DNA of 32,088 bases, taken from the NCBI GenBank assembly GCA_027491735.1, contig JAOZGP010000029.1, positions 1 to 32,088 of the forward strand. Reading direction: 5' to 3'. The notes below the pieces were generated by a model that ran no database searches, was not told the origin of the DNA, and worked only from the letters and a program-made list of their open reading frames with translations. Shown one piece after another: positions 18,444 to 27,022 of this stretch. The stretch's first letter is position 1, and each line of letters begins with the position of its first letter. Source of the stretch: Thermoproteota archaeon. GTDB taxonomy: Archaea; Korarchaeota; Korarchaeia; Korarchaeales; Korarchaeaceae. The translations under genes and the position numbers were made by a program.

Positions 18444-18917
18444 TCAGGATGCCCGAGTCCTCAGCTCTCCTATGAAACGGCACTTCTTTAAAGCCTTGAG
18501 CTTGGAAAGCGATCGCGGTATCTCCACCAGCCTGCAGTCCACTATGTTGCCGACCTTTTCGTCAAATAGCTCCTGTGTGACGTCGTCAGAGAATACGAGC
18601 TCCTTTATCCCTACGAACAACAAGGGGCTCTCGGCCTCCTCCAGAAGAGCCCTATCCACTTCCAGTTTCTCAATGTCCTTTATGAGTTGCACGTTTACCT
18701 TCTTTTTTATACCGCTGAGGACCGACTCCGTGAAGGATATCACCTTACCACCAGCCTCAAGAAGTGAGAGGTAGAGTTTAAACGCTTGACTGACTATGTC
18801 ACCTATGGTCCTTCCTTTGAGCCTGGCGAGCTCGGATATCTTGTCGTAGAGTTCGCTGTCGACACCTTTTATTGTTATGGCTCTCTTATCCTCCTCTCTC
18901 CTGGCCTCCTCAACCAT
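18444..18917 (-). CDS. Ribbon-helix-helix DNA-binding protein with uncharacterised C-terminal domain
   Basis: AITIKGVDSELYDKISELARLKGRTIGDIVSQAFKLYL is an RHH pattern; SD GGTGA precedes ATG 18917. Confidence 0.75.
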   Translation of the reverse strand: MVEEARREEDKRAITIKGVDSELYDKISELARLKGRTIGDIVSQAFKLYLSLLEAGGKVISFTESVLSGIKKKVNVQLIKDIEKLEVDRALLEEAESPLLFVGIKELVFSDDVTQELFDEKVGNIVDCRLVEIPRSLSKLKALKKCRFIGELRTRAS

Positions 18918-18924
18918 TGGTATC

Positions 18925-18948
18925 ACCAGTAATACTAGTATTACTGGT
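18925..18948. promoter_or_regulatory. Perfect 24-bp palindromic operator between the TATA box and the start of the RHH gene
   Basis: ACCAGTAATACTAGTATTACTGGT equals its reverse complement; minus-strand TTTTTATA at 18951-18958. Confidence 0.75.
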
Positions 18949-19093
18949 CATATAAAAATCTTCCGAAAGACTGGTGTTCAGCGATGCTAGAGGGCTTTCA
19001 TGCACTTCTCTTTCAATAGCGAAGGTTTCGATTGAAGGGAGTACCTTCCGTACAGCATCACGTGTTCAGCTCTGAGGACTGTGGTTGAATGGA

Positions 19094-20461
19094 TCACTCA
19101 TAATCGTCCTCAAACCTAACTACATCGTCCTCTCCTAAGTAATCACCTATCTGAACCTCTATGAGTTCTAGATCTATCTTTCCAGGGTTCTCCAACCTGT
19201 GAGGCGCTCCGGGTGGTATAAAAGTGCTCTCCCCGGGTCTGAGAAAGATCTCCTCGCCCTCCCTGAGAATTTTTGCCATCCCCCTCAAGACCATCCAATG
19301 CTCGCTCCTGTGATAGTGGAGCTGTAGGCTGAGACGTCTCCCTGGCCTGACAACAACTTTTCTTACCTTATACCGATCTCTCTGCTCCAGAAGCGTGTAA
19401 CTACCCCAAGGACGATACACGGTCACGTGATGCTTGGCCTCGCTCAGTCCCCTGGACAGAAGATCTTTGGTGAGCTCCCTGACCTTCTGGGACTCACCCC
19501 TTGGAAGCACTAGCATGGCGTCCTCCGTATCCACAACTATCAGGTCCCTAACACCAATGAGGGCGACCAGCTTGTTGCTCACTATCAAGTTCTCGAAGGA
19601 GTCTTTTGTTATTATCCTTCCCCTGAAGCCATTCCCTACATTATCCTTAGGGAGCTCGTCGTAAAGGCTATCAAAGCTTCCCACATCGTTCCAGTAGAAG
19701 GAAGCTCGCACGACAGCTGCTTTTGAAGTTTTCTCCATGACCCCATACTCCATGGATACAGATTGAACCTCCGCGTAGATCTTATCTATGTCGTCCTCGC
19801 TCAAGAACTTCTCATAGACTTCTGGTATGAACTTCCTGGCCTCCTCCTCAAAGACCTTCTTCCTTACTATTAGTATCCCGCTGTTCCAGAGGGCTCCTTC
19901 CTCTATCAACTTCCTTGAAAGCTTGATTTCAGGCTTCTCCACGAACCGCATGACCGTGCTAACTCCGTCAAACAGTTCCTTCCCCGGTAGAATGTAACCA
20001 TAAGCGCTGGTAGGGTATCTGGGCTTTACTCCTAGCGTTACTAAATACCCCTCGGCAGCTGCCTCAGCCCCTCTCTCCATGCAGGAGAGAAAATTCTCCT
20101 CACCCCTTATCACATGATCAGAAGGCATTACGTAGGCGATCACATCATCCTCAAACTTCCTGATCAGACAGTACAGGAGGGCCGGTGCCGTGTTTTTCTT
20201 CTCGGGTTCTCTCAAGACGTTCTCCTCGCGGAGGTTAAGTTTGACCTCCTCCGCTTGGTTAAGTGCATGATAGTAATACTTCTCGTGTGTGACCAAATAA
20301 ACATTCTCCAGTCCCACGAGCTTGACTGCCCTCTCGAGCGACTCCTGAAATAGGGATCTCTCATCGAACATCTTGATGAACTGCTTTGGATAATCGTCTC
20401 GGCTGAGGGGCCAAAGTCTCGTCCCTCCTCCTCCTGACATCAGTATGGCTACTCTTCGCAT
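19094..20461 (-). CDS. manC: Mannose-1-phosphate guanylyltransferase / mannose-6-phosphate isomerase
   Basis: GGGGTRLWPLSR-PKQF, NTAPA, PSDH, YGYI, FVEKP, WNSG, WNDVGS; cupin RPWGSY, LSLQLHYHRSEHW, EVQIG. Confidence 0.95.
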   Translation of the reverse strand: MRRVAILMSGGGGTRLWPLSRDDYPKQFIKMFDERSLFQESLERAVKLVGLENVYLVTHEKYYYHALNQAEEVKLNLREENVLREPEKKNTAPALLYCLIRKFEDDVIAYVMPSDHVIRGEENFLSCMERGAEAAAEGYLVTLGVKPRYPTSAYGYILPGKELFDGVSTVMRFVEKPEIKLSRKLIEEGALWNSGILIVRKKVFEEEARKFIPEVYEKFLSEDDIDKIYAEVQSVSMEYGVMEKTSKAAVVRASFYWNDVGSFDSLYDELPKDNVGNGFRGRIITKDSFENLIVSNKLVALIGVRDLIVVDTEDAMLVLPRGESQKVRELTKDLLSRGLSEAKHHVTVYRPWGSYTLLEQRDRYKVRKVVVRPGRRLSLQLHYHRSEHWMVLRGMAKILREGEEIFLRPGESTFIPPGAPHRLENPGKIDLELIEVQIGDYLGEDDVVRFEDDYE

Positions 20462-20472
20462 AACTGATCCAA

Positions 20473-20506
20473 CAACAACTAATTTATAAGAGATAAAAAG
20501 TTGTTG
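20473..20506. promoter_or_regulatory. Compact divergent promoter (manC/ahb) with 8-bp inverted repeat around TTTATAAG
   Basis: CAACAACT (20473-20480) and AGTTGTTG (20499-20506) bracket TTTATAAG (20483-20490). Confidence 0.45.
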
Positions 20507-20521
20507 AGGCCTGAGAGGAGG

Positions 20522-21466
20522 ATGTTCAAGGAGAAAACCAAAGAAATCCTGATGGCACTCCAGTACAGGTTCCCTGTATCGAGGACACCCTTTGCGGATC
20601 TAGCATCGGATCTTCGAGTGAATGAGAGGGACCTCTTGCGGGAGGTCAGGAGGCTCAGTGCTGAGGGAGTTATAAAAAGGATAGGAGCTTATCTGAGCTA
20701 TCGAGCGGAGGGCAAGGAGTCCTATCTTGTGGCTGTGAGAACAGATGATCGTGTGGGCTCGCTTCTCGAGAAGGAGCTCCTGAGGAGGAATTCAGTATCT
20801 CATAACTACCTGAGAAGGCACCATTACAACATGTGGTTTGTGGTGAAGGGTCATAGGGCTCTAGATGAGATAAGGGAAATCGTGTCCCGATATGATCTAT
20901 CGGATCATGTCGTGTTGAGGTCGGTGAGGACTTACAAACTGGCCGTGAAGTTCGACCTTTGGAGAGGCGTCTCGAGGAGTCCACAGGGCATGCTTCCTCA
21001 TAGGACATCATCACCAGAGGACTTGAACCTGAATCCTGAGGTGCTAAGATCCCTGAAGATCCTCCCCCTGGTAAGCAGACCCTTCCTCAAGATCGCTGAG
21101 AGATTCGGCACCAACGAAGACGATTTGCTGAACCTCATAGAGAGGTTCCTCAAAGAAGGAATTCTCACGGACTATGGAGCTGCGCTCGATGGGGATAAAC
21201 TCGACTTTAAAGTCAATCTCATGGTAATGCTGGGCTCTGGAGATCCGAACCGCACATGTGAGAGGATATGCACCGAGGTTCCGGAAGCGACGCATGTGAT
21301 CCTCAGGGAGCCAATCGATCGAGAGTGGCCCTACAGAAGTTATTGTGTTCTCCATGCTGTAGATCTGAAGCTCCTAGAGAAGCCTATCAATAAGCTCTCT
21401 GAGATCTCAGCAGACCTGGTGATCGCCCCCAGCGAGAGGAACCTCAAGCCCGGTGTGATAAGATGA
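20522..21466 (+). CDS. ahbAB: Fused siroheme decarboxylase AhbA/AhbB (two Lrp/AsnC-like halves)
   Basis: LQYRFPVSRTPF...GVIKRIG...VSHNYLR...YNMWF, then a second half LPLVSRPF...THVILR...WPY; adjacent to the heme radical SAM genes. Confidence 0.85.
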   Translation: MFKEKTKEILMALQYRFPVSRTPFADLASDLRVNERDLLREVRRLSAEGVIKRIGAYLSYRAEGKESYLVAVRTDDRVGSLLEKELLRRNSVSHNYLRRHHYNMWFVVKGHRALDEIREIVSRYDLSDHVVLRSVRTYKLAVKFDLWRGVSRSPQGMLPHRTSSPEDLNLNPEVLRSLKILPLVSRPFLKIAERFGTNEDDLLNLIERFLKEGILTDYGAALDGDKLDFKVNLMVMLGSGDPNRTCERICTEVPEATHVILREPIDREWPYRSYCVLHAVDLKLLEKPINKLSEISADLVIAPSERNLKPGVIR

Positions 21467-22626
21467 TACCAATCTCCGTCATGGTAACAGGCAGAGGCAC
21501 TACGTCATTTAGGTTGAAGGGAGAGTTCGGACTGGGCAGACCCAGTAGGTTCAGTTCCACGATGAGACCTGTTATCACATGGAACATAACCAACAGATGT
21601 AACCTCAGATGCTCTCACTGTTACATGGATGCAGGATCCGGTTACGGGTCGGAGCTCAAGGACGTCGAGACCATCTGTGTGGTCGAGAGGATAGTCGAGC
21701 TCAACCCACCTTTGGTGATCTTGAGTGGAGGAGAGCCTCTCGTAAGGGAGAACTTGTTTGAGATAGCCTCTATGATTAGATCTCATGGAATAAAGCTTGC
21801 TCTCAGCACTAATGGAACATTAATAGATCGTGAGGTAGCGAAAAAGCTTCGAAAAACTGGATTCGTCTATGTGGGGGTGAGCATAGATAGCCCCGACGAG
21901 AGGTGGAACGATGAGTTCAGAGGAGTGAGCGGGGCCTTCAGGTCTGCTATCAGGGGCGCTAAGAACTGCGTTAGGGAGGGAGTTCCTGTCGGACTTCGCC
22001 TGACCCTGACGGAGAAGAACTGGAAGGAGGCTCCTGCTGTGGTGAGGCTTGCTCGAGAGATAGGTGCCGAGAGGGTTACCTTTTATCATCTCTCAGCAGT
22101 TGGAAGAGCTAGAAAGCTGAGCAGGAGATGGTATCTGACCCCGAAATCCTATTTCAGATTGATGAACAAGCTCATAGAGCTGGCTAGAAAGTACACCGGT
22201 GAGATGGAGATAGAGACGACCTTAGGACCTTTTGATGGCATTTATGTGGCCTGGAAACTGTCAAACAATGAGAAGGAGTTCAGATCGTTTCTCGAACTGA
22301 TCGGAAGTCAAGGGGGATGTGGACGCAGGATGATCTCAATATATCCAGATGGATCGGTTCATCCCTGTCAGTTTGTTGACTTCATGACCCTGGGAAACGT
22401 GCTGGAGGAGCCTCTGAGCAGCATGCTCTCGAGAATGAACCCCATATTTACGAATCCAGCACCTCTACTAAGAGGTCCCAAGTGCTCCGGATGTTCTTTC
22501 AAGGAGTTCTGCGGTGGAGGAGACAGAGTCAGAGCTTTCTATCTGACCGGAGATCTCTACGGCGATGATCCTCAGTGCTTCCTTCCCGTGAATGAGATCT
22601 CGTCAAGATATCGATTTCAACAGTAA
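21463..22626 (+). CDS. ahbC: Radical SAM/SPASM enzyme, AhbC (Fe-coproporphyrin III synthase, NirJ1-like)
   Basis: WNITNRCNLRCSHCY, SGGEP, STNGT, FYHL-GR, SPASM CG...VHPCQF...CSGC...C...DPQC; context. Confidence 0.75.
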   Translation: MIPISVMVTGRGTTSFRLKGEFGLGRPSRFSSTMRPVITWNITNRCNLRCSHCYMDAGSGYGSELKDVETICVVERIVELNPPLVILSGGEPLVRENLFEIASMIRSHGIKLALSTNGTLIDREVAKKLRKTGFVYVGVSIDSPDERWNDEFRGVSGAFRSAIRGAKNCVREGVPVGLRLTLTEKNWKEAPAVVRLAREIGAERVTFYHLSAVGRARKLSRRWYLTPKSYFRLMNKLIELARKYTGEMEIETTLGPFDGIYVAWKLSNNEKEFRSFLELIGSQGGCGRRMISIYPDGSVHPCQFVDFMTLGNVLEEPLSSMLSRMNPIFTNPAPLLRGPKCSGCSFKEFCGGGDRVRAFYLTGDLYGDDPQCFLPVNEISSRYRFQQ

Positions 22627-22654
22627 AAGTGTTTATTACCAAGCATCCTCGTAG

Positions 22655-23332
22655 ATGGGTGAAATCTTGAAGGTCCCTATGTTCGTGGAGGCTAATGATT
22701 TCAGGGTGCTCGTGATAGGAGGCCTCAGGGAGGGAACACGGAAGGCCAGGAGGTGGATAAGCGCAGGAGCCGAGGTGCGGGTTCTCAGCTTGGAGTTCAG
22801 CGATGAGCTGACCGAGCTCTCATCCTCCGGAAAGGTGCGCCTGATAAGAGGAGATCTCATGTCGGATAAATTGGAGGAGCTCATTGAATGGAGCGATCTG
22901 GTCGTCTACGCTGGACCACCCGTTCCTGAGTACGAGGAAAGGGTGATCTCAATTTCGCGCAGAGAGAGAAAGCTTCTCAACTTATCTACGAGCGCTGAGA
23001 GGACACAGGTAGTGATGCCGATAGAATGCAGATCAGGGGGAATTCGCGTGGCGGTGACGACGGAGGGGCTCAGCACTCTGATCAGTAAAGATGTGGTCAA
23101 GAGGCTGTGCTCCTATCTCGACGAGCAGGAAGACATACACTCGCTGTTGGAGGTCATGGGACACATAAAGAGGTACATGAAGAGACACGTGAAGGATCAC
23201 AGGGTGAGGATGAAGCTTTATTACGTGGTGTTCAGGAACCAGGAGGTCAGGAGGGCAGCTCTCCTCGACGTTGAGAGAGCTAAAAAAATAGCGGAGGAGA
23301 TAGTACGAAGAGAAGCGGGTATACAGATCTGA
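22655..23332 (+). CDS. sirC: Precorrin-2 dehydrogenase / sirohydrochlorin ferrochelatase (SirC/Met8p-like)
   Basis: VPMFV, VLVIGG...GTRKA, LLN, VAVTTEG; heme-cluster context. Confidence 0.8.
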   Translation: MGEILKVPMFVEANDFRVLVIGGLREGTRKARRWISAGAEVRVLSLEFSDELTELSSSGKVRLIRGDLMSDKLEELIEWSDLVVYAGPPVPEYEERVISISRRERKLLNLSTSAERTQVVMPIECRSGGIRVAVTTEGLSTLISKDVVKRLCSYLDEQEDIHSLLEVMGHIKRYMKRHVKDHRVRMKLYYVVFRNQEVRRAALLDVERAKKIAEEIVRREAGIQI

Positions 23333-24423
23333 ATAAAAGACCAATACTCGTGTTTTGGGAAGCTACAAAGGCCTGTGAGCTTAAATGCCTTCACTGCAGA
23401 GCTGAGGCCATAGAGGAGCCACAGCCGGGAGAGCTCAGCACCAGCGAAGCTGAGAAGTTTGTCCGATCGTTGGAGCTCTTTGGAGAACCACCACTATTGG
23501 TGATCACCGGCGGAAACCCGTTGAAGAGAAGAGATCTGTGGAACATATTGTCCAAAACAAGTGTTCCCAAAGCCCTCTCTCCGACGGTCGGAGAGCTCCT
23601 TGATCAATCCATCGATGAGATAAGGCGACGCGTGAGATCTGTCTCCATAAGCTTAGATGGAATATTGGACACTCACGACGAGATAAGGGGAGTCGAGGGA
23701 CACTTTCTGAGGACTATCAAAGCCATAGAGAAGCTGAGATCAGCAGGGGTGAGAGTACAGGTAAACACAATAGTGATCAGGAGAAACGTGCTTGAGCTCC
23801 CGCTTATCCTGAGGAGGATCGTTGAGCTGGGTGTCCCGGCGTGGGAGCTCTTCTTCTTGGTTAGAGTGGGGCGTGGACTCGATCTGAAGCATGAGGACCT
23901 AACCCCTCAGGAGTACGAGGATGTCATGAACTTCCTCTACGAGGCATCGTTCTACGGCCCAATGATAAGAACTGTAGAGGGACCCTTCTTCAGGAGAGTT
24001 GCCCTGGAGAGGAGCAGGGGAATCAAGAGAGCATCGCATCTCTACAAAAGGATTAGGGATAAGTTAAGAGAGGTTCTCGGTTCACCTACTCTCTCAAGAG
24101 CGAGAGCAACAACCTTCGGGACCAGGGACGGGAAGGGAATCATATTCGTCTCAAGTGAAGGAGATGTTTATCCAAGCGGATTTCTACCTTTCTCCCTGGG
24201 AAATATCAAGAGCAGAGAGTTGATAGATATCTACCGTCGTGACGAGCTGCTAGTAAAGATAAGGAGAGGCGAGTTCAATGGAAAATGTGGCATCTGTGAG
24301 TACAAGGACATATGTGGAGGTTCTAGGTCTAGAGCATATGCAGAGGAAGGCGATCCGCTAGGAGAGGACCCAGCTTGTCTGTATAAGCCTAGAAATAGGA
24401 CCTTCTTCGCCAGGCGATGCTGA
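23329..24423 (+). CDS. ahbD: Radical SAM/SPASM enzyme, AhbD-like heme b synthase (TIGR04053-like)
   Basis: (L)NKRPILVFWEATKACELKCLHCRAEA, TGGNP, FFLVRVGRG, EGPFFRR, DGKGIIF, YPSGFLP, CGICEYKDICGGSRSRA, DPAC. Start is CTG 23329 or GTG 23350. Confidence 0.75.
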   Translation: MNKRPILVFWEATKACELKCLHCRAEAIEEPQPGELSTSEAEKFVRSLELFGEPPLLVITGGNPLKRRDLWNILSKTSVPKALSPTVGELLDQSIDEIRRRVRSVSISLDGILDTHDEIRGVEGHFLRTIKAIEKLRSAGVRVQVNTIVIRRNVLELPLILRRIVELGVPAWELFFLVRVGRGLDLKHEDLTPQEYEDVMNFLYEASFYGPMIRTVEGPFFRRVALERSRGIKRASHLYKRIRDKLREVLGSPTLSRARATTFGTRDGKGIIFVSSEGDVYPSGFLPFSLGNIKSRELIDIYRRDELLVKIRRGEFNGKCGICEYKDICGGSRSRAYAEEGDPLGEDPACLYKPRNRTFFARRC

Positions 24424-24471
24424 TCTCGATGGGTTCGCAGGGCTCAAGTTTATCTTAAGCAGGATGTAGTC

Positions 24472-25338
24472 ATGCAGGTGATGGGTGCAAAAGACTTCTT
24501 TGAGCTTCTTAAGTTGAAACAGACAGCCTTATTAGTTTTCACGGCGATAGCTTCATATTTCGCAGCACCTTCTCAGAGCTGGAGTCTGAGAACTGTCGTT
24601 CTCCTGCTCATATCTGAGGTGCTGGCGGTTGGCGGAACCACCGCCGTGAATATGTACTTCGACAGGGATATAGACGCGCTCATGGAGAGAACTAAAGAGA
24701 GACCACTTCCAGCCAGAAGGTTGAACCCACCGATCTCATTGGCATACGGACTGGCAATATACGCCATTGGTCTCGCTCTCAGCCTGACAGTAAGTTTCTA
24801 TTTATTTGTAACCATCTTGCTCGGCTTCGTGTTTGATATATTTGTCTACACACTCTATTTCAAGAGGAAAACTCCCCTAAACATAATCTTCGGTGGGGTA
24901 GCTGGAGGAATGCCAGCTATGGGGGGATGGCTTACAAGAACTGGATTCTTCGACCTGGGAGCCCTGCTTTCCTTCTTGCTGGTCTTCCTGTGGATACCCA
25001 TGCACATATGGTTCATCTCCATCTACTACTTGGAGGACTACAGAAAATCCGGAGTTCCAATGCTCCCAGTTGTTGTAGGACCGATCAGAACAGCGAAGTT
25101 TATAATGATAAGCTTGGTCCTGCTGGAGACCGTGGTCATGGTCATGACGGCTCTGCAGTACGCCACACTGTTCACTCTCGTGGTATCAACGCTCCTCACA
25201 GCCTTCTCGATAAGAGTCATGTGGAAGTTCCTGAGGGACCCCAGGCGCGAGGTGGCAAGGCAGCTCTTCAAGCTCGCCAGTCCGTACCTAGCTGTGGTCT
25301 TCATCTGCATAATAATAGGCAGACTTCTCGGGATCTAG
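24472..25338 (+). CDS. ctaB: Protoheme IX farnesyltransferase (heme o synthase)
   Basis: NMYFDRDIDALMERTKERPLP, YTLYFKRKTPLNIIFGGVAG, WIPMH, DYRKSGVPMLPVV. Confidence 0.93.
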   Translation: MQVMGAKDFFELLKLKQTALLVFTAIASYFAAPSQSWSLRTVVLLLISEVLAVGGTTAVNMYFDRDIDALMERTKERPLPARRLNPPISLAYGLAIYAIGLALSLTVSFYLFVTILLGFVFDIFVYTLYFKRKTPLNIIFGGVAGGMPAMGGWLTRTGFFDLGALLSFLLVFLWIPMHIWFISIYYLEDYRKSGVPMLPVVVGPIRTAKFIMISLVLLETVVMVMTALQYATLFTLVVSTLLTAFSIRVMWKFLRDPRREVARQLFKLASPYLAVVFICIIIGRLLGI

Positions 25339-25339
25339 G

Positions 25340-25820
25340 GTTCACGGAAACTATTTTGGGTAACACTTCGTGGATGCCGGATGGCGAAATTCTGAGGCAG
25401 AACAGGTGTGGGCTTTGCACACACAGCATTCGACAGCAAGCGAGCTCTGCCCGGGATGTGGATGGTGGTGAGGTGCGGAGATGAGCCCGAAAGATTTAGA
25501 TGGAAGATGAAGGAGCTCCTCTCCACTGAAAGCCAGTTGATAAGGATTCCTCCGCCACAAACGTACTGAAAGCCATAAAAGTGGCGGAGATTCAGAACAG
25601 AGCTTAGCTTAGATGCCCCGATGTGGTTCGATCTACTGCAGGCATCCACTCCACAGTCGGTTTATCCAGCCCCTCGTTGAGGGGCGAGTTCGCGGGCGGC
25701 CCTCAACTTTCACATGAGGCTATCCGCCGTGAAGGTGGTGGAACGAAGAAGTTTCACCCTTTGAGCTGGACAGCTCACTCCTTAAACTACCTCAATGAGG
25801 AAAGAGAGCTGCTTCTCGCT
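25340..25820. other. Hairpin-rich non-coding region (candidate structured RNA and/or decayed IS200/605/607 3' end)
   Basis: At least 6 inverted repeats and an 11-bp direct repeat; the ORFs here do not look protein-like. Confidence 0.35.
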
Positions 25821-25864
25821 TGTGCTATTTTTATAACTCCATCATCTGATCTTTCTGGGTTAGG

Positions 25865-27016
25865 ATGGAGAACGTCTTGGTCTCCCTTGCTGGCGAGATA
25901 TCGCTTAAATCAGCGCCTGTTCGTAGGGCCTTTGAGAGAAAACTGAGGAGGAACATAAGGAAAGCAGTGAAGGTGAGGGCCTTCAGAAACTTGGGAGCAA
26001 AGTTCTCGCTCGAGGTAGACGACGTCGACAGCTCCATGAGTGCTCTCGGGAGGATATTCGGGGTTGCTTGGGCCTCGAGGATAACAGCACTCGATAGCTC
26101 CGACCTAGACGAAGTCCTCTCCTTTGTAAGGAGAAATTACAACGACTGGATACCTGAAGGAAGCACCTTCGCTGTTAGAGTTCGGAGAGTAGGAGAACAC
26201 CCATACAGAAGTATAGATGTGGCTCGCAAAGTCGGAGAGCTCGTGGATAGAGAAGTGGACCTTAAAAATCCTGATGTAGAGCTCTTTATAGAGATAAGAG
26301 GAAACAGAACTTACTTCTACACAGATAGAGACAGAGTAAAGGGACCTGGTGGTCTTCCCCTCGGGACTGCAGGCGCCGTTGTCTGCCTGATATCCGGTGG
26401 ACTTGACTCACCTGTTGCATCCTGGATGATGATGAAGAGAGGGTGTTCCGTGGTCGCCCTCTACGCGATGTCCCCTCTAGCTCCTGAAGGCCTTAGGAGG
26501 TTCTTCGATGCATTCAGAGTCTTGAGGAAGTGGCACATAGGCGAGAGGATAAGAGCTTTCGTTTATAGGACGGACTACGACATCACACCGTTCGGGAAGG
26601 AAGCACTCAGACATGCTTACGTGCTCGAGAGGAGGATAATGGTCAGAGTAGCTAGCGAGCTTGCTAGTAGAGTCGGGGCCAAGGGTATAGTGACAGGGGA
26701 CAGCCTGGGGCAGGTCTCCTCCCAGACGCTGGACAACCTCTACGTGATAGACAGAGCAGCCAGTTTTCCTGTGTTCAGGCCTCTAATCTCCTTTGATAAA
26801 AATGAGATAGTGGAAATTGCTAAAAAAATAGGAACATATGATATATCCACGAGGAAGTGCTATCAGGAGTGCGGCAGCCTCACCGCCTGTGTAAGGAGGC
26901 CTGTCACCAAGGCGAGAATGGAGAAAGTATTAAAAATAGAAAATAAGATAGGGTCGAACAGAATGCTTGAGAGCTGCCTCTCCACCTTGGAGGAGGTAAC
27001 GGCTCTGGTAAGGTAG
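25865..27016 (+). CDS. thiI: tRNA 4-thiouridine(8) synthase, no rhodanese domain
   Basis: GEISLKS, THUMP (TFAVRVRR, VDLKNPD), GPGGLPLG, PP-loop ISGGLDSPVA, TGDSLGQVSSQT, RPLI-DK-EI; TTTTTATAA at 25828-25836. Confidence 0.93.
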   Translation: MENVLVSLAGEISLKSAPVRRAFERKLRRNIRKAVKVRAFRNLGAKFSLEVDDVDSSMSALGRIFGVAWASRITALDSSDLDEVLSFVRRNYNDWIPEGSTFAVRVRRVGEHPYRSIDVARKVGELVDREVDLKNPDVELFIEIRGNRTYFYTDRDRVKGPGGLPLGTAGAVVCLISGGLDSPVASWMMMKRGCSVVALYAMSPLAPEGLRRFFDAFRVLRKWHIGERIRAFVYRTDYDITPFGKEALRHAYVLERRIMVRVASELASRVGAKGIVTGDSLGQVSSQTLDNLYVIDRAASFPVFRPLISFDKNEIVEIAKKIGTYDISTRKCYQECGSLTACVRRPVTKARMEKVLKIENKIGSNRMLESCLSTLEEVTALVR

Positions 27017-27022
27017 TTTCTC

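Noticed and set aside
25510-25580. ACTGAAAG repeats resembling CRISPR repeat 3' ends
   Set aside because: Only two copies, a 40-bp period too short for repeat plus spacer, and no cas genes.
25380-25625. RNase P-like words (CAGAACAGAGCTTA, GCTTAGCTTAGATGCCCC)
   Set aside because: The conserved regions are in the wrong order and there is no matching GAGGAAAGUCC P4 partner upstream.
24927-25946. ORFs 24927-25484, 25335-25649, 25351-25560 and 25623-25946
   Set aside because: Not protein-like and mostly overlapping ctaB or thiI; the faint TnpB zinc-finger echo (NTS...GEIL...RCG...RDV) is too weak to call.
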